From: Octopus vulgaris
Taxonomy: Eukaryota
Direction: 5' to 3'
NCBI GenBank assembly: GCA_951406725.2
Contig: OX597826.1
Coordinates: 82,646,001-82,710,000 of the forward strand
Length of the DNA: 64,000 bases
The position numbers were made by a program, and so were the translations under genes. How positions within the stretch are numbered: the first letter of the stretch is position 1; every line of letters starts with the position of its first letter. This document shows positions 13,755 through 26,054 of the stretch, in pieces. The notes under the pieces are model-generated. The model worked only from the letters and a program-made list of their open reading frames with translations. It was not told the origin of the DNA and searched no databases.

Positions 13755-14391
13755 ACAGAACATCCCCAAACTAGAAACCATTATCTAAGCGTTGCCCAGG
13801 ACTGGTAAAATAATGAAAAATTAGCAAAACATGAAAGGTTCCTAAACGTTATAAAATCGAAAACCCACAAAGCAGGGGCCTGTTCAAGTGGAACTAAATT
13901 AACACAGCATCGTGTATGCAAGTAATGAGACAAAGAAAGAATTATTCACGTTGAAAATTACCAGCACCCCCTGGATTCGGTACCACTCTGGCACGCAAAA
14001 TTTCAGGTGAAAAGTTACGTAATATTTGCAGTTTTACGTAATGGAATGGTGCTTTATCACACATGCGTCAAACGATGTGTTCTTACATTGTACTCAGTGG
14101 CAAAAATATAATTTAAAATGTGCTGAACTATCTCTGTTTTCCTATTTGGATGAAATTTTGCACTTCGTAAGTCCCACACACTCGATTTTCTACTCAGTCG
14201 GGAACATAGTATACATATATACATACATACATACATACATGCATGCATGCATGCATACATACATATATGCATACATACATACATACATACATACATACAT
14301 ACATACATACATACATACATACATACATCATATATACATACATATATATATATATAAGAATTTTTTGCGTAATAAGATAACAAATCAAGGC

Positions 14392-14463
14392 TGTGTAGAT
14401 ATTAGAGCATTTATAGATATAAGGTCTAGACCTTATATCTATAAATACTCTAATATGTACACA
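14392..14463. repeat. 72 bp spacerless palindrome
   Basis: 36 bp arms with 2 mismatches centred on TCT|AGA (14427/14428). Confidence 0.95.
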
Positions 14464-15047
14464 CATTCCAGCTATTTTCAATGAGAGAACTCTTTGGACG
14501 ACCCAGTTATCACTGTATTACGTTCGGGGATTTTGGTCCAATCGAAGTTAATTGAATTGAATTACTCAATACAAAATTCAAATGTTGAATTTCATATTCG
14601 TGTTTAGAGTATGCGCTACGGTCGTTTGGAACTCTAGACAAGGGGTTCAAAATGAATGTAGTGCAAGCATTTGAATAAATATAAAGCTCCAACTCACGAT
14701 GATTTAGTATACACCTACCTGTTAAATGTAACTGCACACACCTTTACTCATAATTGCTTACTCTTGTTCATGGTATTTATTAGGACAAAGTATAAATCTG
14801 AGGGACTCAACCCCTTACTTAAAGATTAGTTTTATTTTCTTTCTGGGGTTTGTTCTGGATTAATTATTATTCGTCTTGTAATTTACTCTCATATTACACA
14901 TTTCGAGGTTATTTGACGTCTAAAGGGAGTGGAATAGCCTCTCATACTCCGCATCAAGTTATTTTCTTGATTTTTAGAAACAATGCAATGATTTCAGCAA
15001 TTCCACATCTGGCGTTATTAAAGTACTTAAAAGTAATGGAATTTAGT

Positions 15048-15250
15048 TGCAGGCGTGGGTGTGCGGTAGGGATATTGCTTCCCAACCAAGTAGGTCTGGC
15101 TTAAGTCCAACTGCGTGACATCTTAAGCGAATGCTCTCTGCTATTGCCTCGGGCCAACCAAAACTTTATGAGGGGATTTGGTAAACTAAAAGTAAAAAGG
15201 TGCTCCAACATGGCCGCAGTCGAATGACTGAAGCAGATAAGAGATAAAAA
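15048..15250 (+). mobile_element. Degenerate tRNA-derived SINE (family 3) with CR1-like LINE tail
   Basis: Head GCAGGCGTGGGTGTGCGGTA...; CCTCGGGCCAACCAAA...GGATTTGGTA body shared with 22260-22350; tail GGTGCTCCAACATGGCCGCAGTCGAATGACTGAAG matches LINE 3' end at 20330-20365. Confidence 0.65.
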
Positions 15251-15798
15251 TATTCCAAAGTTTGCTGTTTCATGAGCAATTGAATTCAATACAACAAACT
15301 CTTGTACGCCATATTGTTCTAAAATACTAATACTTAAAGAAGGTAGACCATTAAAACCGTTAAAAAGACAAATGCTGATGGCGTACAGTTACGTATCTGT
15401 ATTTTCCGAGTTCAATTCGAGCCAGAACTACAGATTGGTTGGCTTCCTAACAGGGTTGATATAAGTAAATACCGGTAAAGCCCATTATCCCACATTATCG
15501 ACTGTTCCTTTCCCAAGTTATATTTGTTGAACGGTGTTTGAGAGTGGTCAATATGGCCCCACTGAGCCCGCTTGTATAAGACTGTAGGCCAAGGAAAGCA
15601 TCTGGTAGAGGGAGGTTGCCAGGTTGGCATTGAATTCTCATTGCTCATTCAGTGACTCTAGGTGACAGACTTGCTCTTGGAACTGTAGCATTTATCTGTA
15701 AACTGTGTCTGCTCACAATTTGCCTTAATTCACTTTCTAGCAAAATCTCCGCTATTTTATAATACTCTCCTCTTCCAAGGCATTATTTGTTACCCTTT

Positions 15799-16003
15799 AA
15801 GGCGGCGAGCTGGCAGAATCCTAAGCACGTCGGGCGAAGTGGTTCGCGGTAGTTCGTCTGTCGCTACGTTCTGAGTTCAAATTCCTCCGAGGTCGACCTT
15901 ACCTTTCATCCTTTCAGGGTCGATAAATTAAATACTAGTTGAGTACTGAGGTCGACATAATCCACTATCCCCAAATGTCAGGCCTTGTGCCTATAACAAA
16001 GAA
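15799..16003 (+). mobile_element. tRNA-derived SINE family 1
   Basis: AAGGCGGCGAGCTGGCAGAATC head, GTTCTGAGTTCAAATTCC, GTCGAC...TTTCATCCTTTC core. Confidence 0.85.
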
Positions 16004-17058
16004 TTATTTATTGTCCTTATAGTAACAATAATGGACGGCCATTATTGCAGCGGTGCCGAATTAGGACCTTTCCAATGATATCAGTTGATATATCATTACC
16101 AAATATTTTCTCTCAGTTCCTCCTCCACCTACATCTCTCTTCCACTGAATTTAGGTTTTTGAAGTATACAGATTTTGCTTTCTTTCAAATTAAAACACAA
16201 AACATTATTTTCGTGGAAGGGGAAAGTTAAAAAAAGAAGAATTTGTATCTACGCAAAAGAAACAAAAATAATAGAAGATTAGGAAATTCCTATTCAATCA
16301 AATATATTCAAAGCAATATGATTTACGATTGAGATAGAGGCAAGGAGAAATTAATGAAAGTTAAGTTAGCTCTCTGACACATACGTAGATATATAGATAG
16401 ATAAAAGTGACAAACGTACAGGGAAACAAATAAATGCGAAGAAACGGAAAATGAAGAGCGATAAAGACGGACGAGACAGGCTTAGAAGGAGTTGTATGTG
16501 CGAGTAAGATTTTGAGTGGACGTGTGACGAGTACTCACAAATTACCTAGACATTTAGTATTGTTTACAACTGACTATTCTTTATGAGTCTAATATCGTGT
16601 TGCAATTACACATTGAAAATAAACTCTTGTTATCTGAAAAGTGTGGTAATATGAAGCAAATGAAAATGTAGCTAAACCGCTAGTGATTCTGGAAAGAGAT
16701 ATGAAAGAAATCTCATAGACAAATGACTTGCTGAGACAGTGATAATTAGTACAATATCGTATGTCAACTATACATTAATATCTAAGAGTACAGAATGAAA
16801 CTATATGTAAAACTAACAGAAATAGGGAGGAAGTTTCGGCTCTAATTTGATGCTAAATTCTGTGTGAAAGTTATTAAAATTACAACGTTCCAATTTTACT
16901 CTGTGTAGAATATATTGTCGGGCATGACCGTAGCTAATAGGCACGTTTCGATCTCAGCAAACAGCTCTTTTGCCAAAGCCCTGTGAATAAGGTTAGGCTG
17001 AGTGAAACGGCAGAATTATGTTGTGTATAAGTGTGAGCCTGTACACACGCCCGAGCGC

Positions 17059-17283
17059 GCGAGCTGGCAGAACCGTTACCACGCCGGGCGAAATGCGTAG
17101 CCGTATTTCGTCTGCCATTACGTTCTGAGTTCAAATTCCGCTGAGGTCGACTTTGCTTTTCATCCTTTCGGGGTCGGTAAATAAAGTACCAGTTACGCAC
17201 TGGGGTCGATGTAATCGACTTAATCCCTTTGTCTGTCCTTGTTTGTCCCCTCTATGTTTAGCCCCTTGTGGGCAATAAAGAAA
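17059..17283 (+). mobile_element. tRNA-derived SINE family 1, well-preserved copy
   Basis: Close match to the reverse complement of 112-345 including 3' part TTTGTCCCCTCT...CCCCTTGTGGG. Confidence 0.9.
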
Positions 17284-17973
17284 AATATATATATATATAT
17301 ACATAGAGTTAAACGCATGTGTGTTATTCAAATTCTACTTCCGTCACATGTTTCGAAGATATTACTGGTATTATTCCAAAGGAATAAAATGATGTAAAAC
17401 AATGTGATCTCTTCAGGGAAATGAAAAAATGAAACCCGTCAATAAGACATTTTAACAGAATATGGATATGTATAGTGAATAACTGAACGCTATGAAGTTT
17501 GTTTTTAAAAAAAAATGTTCGAAGACATAACGTCAAAGGTAGCCTATAGAAAGAGGAGGGGTAAAGGAAGGAAAATCAAATAAATGAGAAGTATATACAA
17601 ACTTCTGTTGACAATGCGTATTTAAAGCGGCATTATCCAAGTTCTCTTCAATTCAAAGATAGCGGTGTGGAATTTTCGGAAAGAATTGGCCGCTACTTCG
17701 AGCTAAATATCGTTGTTTATTCAAGGTGATCCCTAATGCAACTTTATGATCAAAAGATATGTCAGTTATATCAACAAACAGCTGATAATAACTAAAATAT
17801 TTGAAGTCATATATTTATACGTAAATATAAGAGAGTGACCACTATGTGGTCGACTCTAGCACTAAAAATAGATCCGCTGCGGTTTCAGCCACGAAGAATT
17901 GTTTCCGATGAAAGTTAGCACAACTATTAGCGTAAACGAGTAGGGCAAATAAAAAATAACAAAAATGCAGATT

Positions 17974-18052
17974 AATTCAGGACAATTGTTTCGCTATTAA
18001 TAAATTATGCAATTTTACTCACATAACATATCTGTAGCTCCTCGGCTGAATT
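17974..18052 (-). ncRNA. Type I hammerhead ribozyme-like motif (U4C core variant)
   Basis: Minus: AAUUCAG-CCGAGGA-GCUA...UAGC-GAAA-CAAUUG-UC^-CUGAAUU; perfect 7 bp stem I, 4 bp stem II with extension, palindromic stem III ACAAUUGU. Confidence 0.75.
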
Positions 18053-18571
18053 TGTCTAGAATACAATTTACTCAACCGCATGCCGGATTTTACCATAACG
18101 ATTAAATTAGTATCCAATTTTCTCATCCTTATTAGTTGAAGTCATATATTTTACATTTTAAGTTACGTTTCCAAAAACTTTCACTGCTTCTCGTTTAACT
18201 GCAATCAAACGAAATCCTACATCATCGGTTCGTGCAATTTACCTCACGGGATAGATAAATATGGGAGATTCTCCTGCTTTATATACCACACAGTCGCCAG
18301 TAAACAATCCAGGAATGCATTTTCATTTCTACTAATCTCAGTATTGACATTGGTTAGATTTACAAACAGACAGACGGAGAGATAAAAACCAGTCTTTCTA
18401 TTTATATCTGTATCAATATATATATATTCCTATCTTGTCTGTAATACATTTGTGACAATTCGGTGGTACAGAAGTATTTTTTTACTTCTATCATTAGCGA
18501 TATAGGTACTCACGTAGTACTCTTGTGTATATATGTGCATATCTAATAATGTATGTATGTATCTCATGATT

Positions 18572-18751
18572 GATCGCTAACCACTACACATTATTTATTT
18601 TCTCCCCTAGTTTCTTTCTGTGTTCCTTTCTGTGGAAGAGCGTAGGCTCGAAACGTTAAAGACTTTTTCACTTCCCGAGCGTTATACTACAACATCTGTT
18701 TGTTGTCTACATCACCTATCTTCGTCTTTTGTTTTTTTTTGTGAATTCTCC
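18572..18751 (+). mobile_element. Hammerhead-containing mini-element, subfamily A (putative Penelope-related)
   Basis: Homologous to 39958-40108 and 60373-60548; motif CUUU-CUGUGGA-A-GAGC-GUAG-GCUC-GAAACGUU-AAAG at 18626-18661; followed by (TA)n. Confidence 0.75.
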
Positions 18752-18787
<36 letters not shown>

Positions 18788-18789
18788 AC

Positions 18790-18842
<53 letters not shown>

Positions 18843-18927
18843 CATATATATACATATAAATACATATTTATATATACATATACATATATATATGCATATA
18901 CATATATACATATGCATATATGTATAT

Positions 18928-20389
18928 ATGGAACGAATCATATATGGAACGAATCATCAGGTCATGGAACGAATCATCAGAAAAAAACTGATCACGTTCC
19001 TCGAAGAAACTAACCGTCTCACTGACACACAGCATGGCTTTCGCCCAGGAAGAAGCTGCCTTACGCAGCTGTTACAACACTACGACTGGGTACTCAAACA
19101 ACTACTGGATCGCTCACAGGTGGATGTGGTATATCTCGACTTTGCGAAGGCCTTTGACAAAGTCGACCACGGAGTGATATGTCACAAATTACTCAGACTC
19201 GGCATAACAGGAAAAGTAGGTGAGTGGATACATGACTTCCTGAAGGACAGAAGCCAGATGGTTGCAGCCAATGGAGCCCTCTCGGGAAAGACACCGATAG
19301 CAAGCGGGGTGCCACAGGGCACAGTCTTGGGACCCTTGCTGTTTTTGGTGGCGCTCTCTGACATGCCCTTGGTAGCACAAACAACATCCCTCACTAGCTA
19401 TGCTGATGACACAAAGGTAGCACAGGCAATCAAAAACCCAGCTGATGCTGACCTTTTACAACAAGATCTGGATGCCATATACAAATGGGCTGAAGACAAC
19501 AACATGCAATTTAATGCTGGTAAATTTCAAGCCTTACAATATCAAGCTGTAAACACATATACATTACAACACAACTATACTGGTCCAGGAGGGATCGAAA
19601 TCCCAGTATCGAAATCAATACGGGACCTGGGGATAGACATGAGTGACGATGCATCTTTTTCTTCACACATCGCGAAGGTGGCGACAATGTGCAGACGACT
19701 CACTGGCTGGATCCTGAGGACATTCCGGACAAGAGACTGCGAGACCATGTTGACACTATGGAGGACATTTGTCCTAAGCCGCCTGGACTACTGCTCCCAA
19801 CTGTGGTCACCGCATAGTGTCAAACTAACCACAGAGCTTGAGACAATCCAAAGACATTTCACCAAGAGGATTTCCACCATGAAAGAAAAGAACTATTGGG
19901 AGAGGCTTAGGGAACTCAATTTGTACTCCTTGGAACGAAGACGAGAGAGATATGCAGTGATATACATATGGAAAATCCTGGAGGGACTAGCACCAAATTT
20001 TGGAATTGAGAGCTGTTCCAATCCCCGTACAGGACGTCACTGTGTGGTGCCAAAGGTCCCGTCTTCCACATCCAGGGTAAGGAGCAGATACTGTAATAGC
20101 CTGGGGTTCAGGGGCCCTCTGCTGTTCAACAAACTGCCAAGAAAACTAAGAGATCTACATGATGCGGATGTGGACATTTTCAAAAAACATCTAGACAAGC
20201 TGCTTTCCGGGATCCCAGATGAACCCACTGCAAGGTACGAAGGTAACCTAAGGGCAGCAGCTACAAACTCTCTCTTAGATCAGTGGCCAGCCACGGCAAA
20301 CTGGACTTAGAGAGGGTAGCAACAAGGGCGGTGCCCCAGCATGGCCTCAGCCGGATGGCTGAAACAAGTAAAAGAGTAAAAGAGTAAAA
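18928..20389 (+). mobile_element. 5'-truncated CR1-like LINE inserted in (TA)n
   Basis: RT ORF, short 3'UTR with hairpin TCAGCC-GGAT-GGCTGA and (AGTAAAAG)n tail; TA repeats on both sides. Confidence 0.93.
18961..20310 (+). CDS. Reverse transcriptase (partial ORF2, uninterrupted ~450 aa)
   Basis: [65 protein letters not shown]; the N-terminal IYIY stretch of the ORF track is microsatellite. Confidence 0.95.
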   Translation, partial: VMERIIRKKLITFLEETNRLTDTQHGFRPGRSCLTQLLQHYDWVLKQLLDRSQVDVVYLDFAKAFDKVDHGVICHKLLRLGITGKVGEWIHDFLKDRSQMVAANGALSGKTPIASGVPQGTVLGPLLFLVALSDMPLVAQTTSLTSYADDTKVAQAIKNPADADLLQQDLDAIYKWAEDNNMQFNAGKFQALQYQAVNTYTLQHNYTGPGGIEIPVSKSIRDLGIDMSDDASFSSHIAKVATMCRRLTGWILRTFRTRDCETMLTLWRTFVLSRLDYCSQLWSPHSVKLTTELETIQRHFTKRISTMKEKNYWERLRELNLYSLERRRERYAVIYIWKILEGLAPNFGIESCSNPRTGRHCVVPKVPSSTSRVRSRYCNSLGFRGPLLFNKLPRKLRDLHDADVDIFKKHLDKLLSGIPDEPTARYEGNLRAAATNSLLDQWPATANWT

Positions 20390-20410
20390 TATATATATAT
20401 ATACATACAC

Positions 20411-20442
<32 letters not shown>

Positions 20443-20444
20443 GC

Positions 20445-20535
<91 letters not shown>

Positions 20536-21986
20536 TATTAGTTCTGTATATTTATTATTTATCTCTATGTCGGTCTGCTGGCATGTATGTATGTATTTAT
20601 ATATTTATTTGTTTATATTATTTGTATATGTGTGTGTTTTATTCTTTAAATTTAATCGTTTTTTTTCTTCCCCGATGAATAACAGAAGAGGTATTTTCTC
20701 GTCCACTACTGATATTTGTCGATTGACTTTGTTTTGTGGTGTTTTTGTTGGGTTCAATCGTTCGAGAAATTTTATTCATTTGTCAGTAATTCTAATTTGA
20801 GCGCCATTTCTCAAACGGATGTTCTTCATTCATGAAATTCAATTTGAAACTCACAATTATTTCGCTTATATTGTCATACCGGGATTTTCATTGTCTTATA
20901 TTGGAAGTCTTGGACAATTCTCTTATTGAATACGTTTAGATTAAATTAGACATTTCAGACAGTCAACGGCTTGTTTATTTTATTGACGTTCTTGTTTTAT
21001 TATTTCACTTTTTTTCCCCTGCTTTATTTTATTTCTGTAAAGTTTAGTCATTCTTTTTTTACTTTTTTTTATTCTTTTGTCATTTTATAATCTTTTATTT
21101 CTTCTATCAACAGTTCTCGCAATATCCATTTTTAGTTTTATTCTCGACCTTTTGTGCCTTTTTTATTTATTATTATTATTTTTTTTTTTGAGATTCTATA
21201 AAATTGATTTTGTAAATACACATTGAAAGCTTAGTGAGGTGTAAGAGCAATACAAAACGTAAATTATAAACAACAACAGAAATCGCGGAAACTCCTTTTA
21301 TGCTTAAATTATTCACGACGAGTATTAATTAATTGCTTGTCTCTGGTGATTTATAGCGTGTATGAAAATTGTACTTTAAATAATAGTACCACGTATGTTT
21401 GAGAACGTCAATGGAGAGAAAAGAGAAGATGAGTCCGAGGGGATCGAAGTGAGAGAACAGAGACTGAGAGAGAGAAAATAAAAAGAAATGACAAAAGGTA
21501 TAAAATGGAGCGTTTGAACAAGTGATACACTTGATGTGAAGAATTGTGTCAAGTCAAGGCCTGATGCCGCTTACTATTTCTCAATTTCTATGGTTTTTGT
21601 TGTTTACGTTAAACGTCACAGACTCCAAATACACATATCTTGAAAAGACCATTCACACTAAATTGCTCGTCTCTTAATCTTTCACCAATACGAACACCAC
21701 CATTAAGAACGAAGCGATTGTAATTATGTTCTTCATTGTTATCGGCTCTCCTCTTACAGGCTGCAGTCACTAGGGTGCGACCTTAGAAACGCTTCAAGCA
21801 ATTTCCTCAACAGAATAGTCACAAACTATAGTTAGCAGTTTATCAACAAAGTTGGTACTTTATCAGTTCAACTGAGGCAGTAAATTCTAAACGTTGCCTC
21901 TCTTTAAATACCATCACGTATTTGGACATGTTTACAGCAGCATATACAAGGGCATCCATACACATACAATCAACTGAATTTTTTAT

Positions 21987-22350
21987 CTTGAATCAGTCAA
22001 ATGACCGCGGCCATGCTGGGGCACCTCCTTGAAGGGTTTTAGTAAAACAAATTGACCCCAAGACTTAATTTTTTTTAAAAACAGTACTTATTATATCGGC
22101 CCCTTTTGACGAACCGCTAGGTCACGGGGACATAAACACACAAACACCAGTTGTCAAGTGCTGGTGGGAGACAAACAGAGATACAAAGACACGCTCAAAC
22201 ACAGATATATGTGGGTGTAAGTGAGTGTATGTGTGTGTGTGTGTGTGTGAGTACACGACAGGCTTGTTTCAGTTTCCGTCTACCAAATCCACTTATAAGA
22301 CTTTGGTCAACCCGAGGCTGCAGTACAAGATACCTGTGCAAGGTGCCACG
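21987..22350 (-). mobile_element. Composite SINE (family 3) with internal microsatellite and CR1-like LINE tail
   Basis: Minus 3' end GGTGCCCCAGCATGGCCGCGGTCATTTGACTGA matches LINE tail 20330-20365; 5' part matches 15100-15190. Confidence 0.7.
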
Positions 22351-22567
22351 ACTCACACATACTTACACACACATACATACACACATATATAAACACAGAT
22401 GTAGATTCAAAATAACAAGCATTCTCCTCCCTATCTTTTCTACTAACTCGCGTACATTTTCTGTAAGAAAAAAATCATTCGTGTTGAATCTCTGAAACGC
22501 GGCGAAAGACCTAACTAAACAAGGAACCAAAATTCTAGACTCTCTACGCAAATTCAATCTCTCTCTT

Positions 22568-22682
<115 letters not shown>

Positions 22683-22753
22683 AACAACTAGAGCAATAAG
22701 TAACAAAGAGAAGTGGATCATTGGTGTTTGAAAGTCATTAATTTAATTTGGAA

Positions 22754-22832
22754 CATTTACAGCTGTTTCTGTTTATCAAACTGGAGTAAATTTACATTTA
22801 CTTCGTTACATTTAACAAACATCTTCAGAATG
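22754..22832 (-). ncRNA. Type I hammerhead ribozyme with canonical core
   Basis: Minus: CAUU-CUGAAGA-UGUUUGUUAAA...UUUGAUAAACA-GAAA-CAGCUG-UA^-AAUG; 11 bp stem II, capped by AGUAAAU-GUAA-AUUUACU (GNRA loop); palindromic stem III ACAGCUGU. Confidence 0.8.
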
Positions 22833-22912
22833 AAAAGAGATAATACACCAGGAGTGCCTACGGATACATCTACCGATGGTTGCATAACCTCTAACTTATA
22901 TCTTGCTTAACC

Positions 22913-22955
<43 letters not shown>

Positions 22956-22958
22956 ATC

Positions 22959-23369
22959 CAACTTATAAACAAGGGCAAAGAAAAAAATTCTAATGCCAAA
23001 TATGCCGAAAATAGACAAATCGTCAATAACCATTTAATTTATCACTATAAGCACGCGTCTGGAGAATTTCTATTTTGGATATATTTGGGATACTTAATTG
23101 TGCTCATGACTTAGTGTTTACTTCTTCCATGGGTATAAGTAAGTATTTCATTTATTTCTTACCGTATTTATCGCTGACGAGGAGAAAATTCTTATGAATT
23201 AAAAGTGAAATAGGGACCGATAGGATAATAACGGACTTTTTTTAGAAATGTATGTCGGCTTACTTCCAGACGTGTGCTTATAGTGATAAATTATATGGTT
23301 ATTGATGATTTGTCTATTTCGGCATATTTGGCATTATAATTTTTTTCTTTTGCCCTTGTTTATAAGTTG
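22959..23369. repeat. Fold-back element: ~105 bp inverted arms (22959-23063 / 23265-23369) around ~200 bp spacer
   Basis: CAACTTATAAACAAGGGCAAA...GCACGCGTCTGGA versus TCCAGACGTGTGC...TTTGCCCTTGTTTATAAGTTG. Confidence 0.92.
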
Positions 23370-23465
23370 TTTATTAATTTAACCTTTAAAGGTATTTTTA
23401 ATAAGCTGGCCATTAAAAGAATTTTTTCGAAACAATTTATCCTATATTAGATGTATATATATATA

Positions 23466-23666
23466 GTTAATCCAAACAAGAAAACACAAAAAAACACAGC
23501 AACGCGAGGACGTGGAGCAAATAAAGTATTATTGGACGCTCAGGAAAGAAGGGAAGAAGGAGGGTTTAACGTTTCGAGCGGAGCTCTTCGTCGGAAACAA
23601 AAGAGAAGGAAAGATCCCGAGAAGGGAAGACAGAGGAAAAAAATTGCTGGCGGTGCTCACGAGGTC
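23466..23666 (-). mobile_element. Hammerhead-containing mini-element, subfamily B
   Basis: Minus motif GUUU-CCGACGA-A-GAGC-UCC-GCUC-GAAACGUU-AAAC (23564-23598); homologous to 27606-27798; (TA)n on both sides. Confidence 0.75.
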
Positions 23667-23781
23667 ATATATATATATATATATATTGTTAGAAATGGTA
23701 AGACAACAAAAGAATGAAAGAGACATTCATATTGTTTAAATAGATGAATTTATTTGTAAATATATATGACAATTATTCGGT

Positions 23782-23829
23782 AGCCATGATAAAACTCAGA
23801 CATCAGAAACTCGGAGTTTTATCATGGCT
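23782..23829. repeat. Perfect 16 bp inverted repeat, 16 nt loop
   Basis: AGCCATGATAAAACTC / GAGTTTTATCATGGCT. Confidence 0.9.
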
Positions 23830-23834
23830 TGCAA

Positions 23835-23899
<65 letters not shown>

Positions 23900-24626
23900 C
23901 ATATACACGTACCTGTGTCTGTAATGATGTAAAGCAAAATACGAAAGTTATGGGACCGAGTGTATGTAATTCTTTTGTAATTTTATCGTAATGTTAAAAT
24001 GATCTAACTCGCAATAACAAGAAAAATTACGAAAATGATTGAGAAATATCAGATACAGTCAATTAAAGCAGCATATTATAAAATTTACAAAATCATACAA
24101 AATTACTGAAATCGTGTAACAGTCGTTGCACGATAAGGCGTTATTTCCTTTATGATAAAAAAAAGCCATATGGAGAGAAATAATCATAGAATTTGAAGAA
24201 AGATCAAGGTATAAATACTGTAGAAATGGAAATAGGAAATGGGATGGATATACCAATTGAAGAATAAGAGAGGCGAAAGTGTACAAGCGCATTTTGTGGT
24301 TAGTTTTTGTTCTCTTCGCACAGAAGTGACGATTAAATAAATTAAATTGACTAACGTTATCGCAACTGAGATAACGAACAGTATCACTGTTTCACAAAAT
24401 AAAATCCATTGCCGCAATTTTGCCGACCTAATCGCCATTGCCTGGTTTACTCCAGGGTTTCATAAACTAATTACTTATGACCAAACTTATACATACACAT
24501 ATCATTCGCCATTAACTGATTAGTTGCCACTTCGGATTATTTACGATATGAAGAGGAGTGCGGTTGTGAGTAGCTTTCTGTGGTGTGTATGTGTGTGTGT
24601 GTATAGAATGCTAGTTAGATGGATAT

Positions 24627-24669
<43 letters not shown>

Positions 24670-24685
24670 CAGATATATATTCATA

Positions 24686-24793
<108 letters not shown>

Positions 24794-25476
24794 TATACAT
24801 ATACATATACATACATGTATATATATATATACATATGTATACATATATATACATATACATACACATATATATACATATACATACACATATATTCATATAT
24901 ATATATATATACACATATGTGTGAATATACACGCACACATACATAGGAGTGTGTGCACGAGCGAAAGAAGGTTCCATTTAGCATATTTAGTTTCAAGTAT
25001 TTTGATAGCATGAAACTTTAAGCAATGTGGAGCTGAGTCATTCTGTTATATAGATATGCATGTATGTATGTGTCTATGTTTGAGTGTGCTTCTTGTTTTT
25101 GCGTTTTTGTGTATTTCTGTGTGCTTGTCTGTCTGTGTGTAGGTGTTTCACTCGTGTTTTACTTATAATTAAACTTCATTTAATAACGCTGCCTTACATC
25201 TTATATTCTCTACAAGTTATGTTTTAATTAACAGTTATTTTAATAGCTTCGTTAATTAACCTTTTGCCTTGCAATTAATTTACCTAATTTAAATCTTCTT
25301 TTAAATATCCCGACTAACTACAATATCGTCCTTGTCTTCTTATCAGCTCTCCACCAAGTAACATCGAATACAGAGTTGACTTACAGTTTAAGTCCAATTA
25401 GTACATTTTCGCGTTTTGACTATGGACATACAAAGCATATGAAGGTTTACGCACATCACACGCACGCACGAGTGCA

Positions 25477-25553
<77 letters not shown>

Positions 25554-25578
25554 ATATGCATACATACGCCACTAGATT

Positions 25579-25616
<38 letters not shown>

Positions 25617-25637
25617 CAGAAAGACACACAGACACAC

Positions 25638-25721
<84 letters not shown>

Positions 25722-25977
25722 TGATTGATAGACAGACAGAAGGCTGTTTGTCTCCATAATGTCGAAACTTCAGAAGTTGAAGAACTGTTACGACTTCCAT
25801 GATTTCCTTCAAGTGAAATTAAGAAGACGATATAATTTACTAAATATAAAAAGTGACAAACGATGGAAGATGAGGATGAAGAGAAAGAAAAGAAAATTGT
25901 GAAGTAAAAAGAAAAAGTATATGAAGAGGAAAAGAACGTGTAGAGAAAAAAGAGAAGGAATCTGAGAAGATTCTAGA

Positions 25978-26020
25978 AGTTAACAGTTCCATCGCCGATT
26001 CGATGATGGAACTGTTAACT
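25978..26020. repeat. Perfect 16 bp inverted repeat, 11 nt partly self-complementary loop
   Basis: AGTTAACAGTTCCATC / GATGGAACTGTTAACT. Confidence 0.9.
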
Positions 26021-26054
26021 ACTGAAATTCTCGTTTAAGAATCTACCTCAATTT

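Noticed and set aside
15799-15890. A/B-box sequences resembling tRNA genes
   Set aside because: SINE heads with no complete cloverleaf; no true tRNA, rRNA or CRISPR array seen in the window
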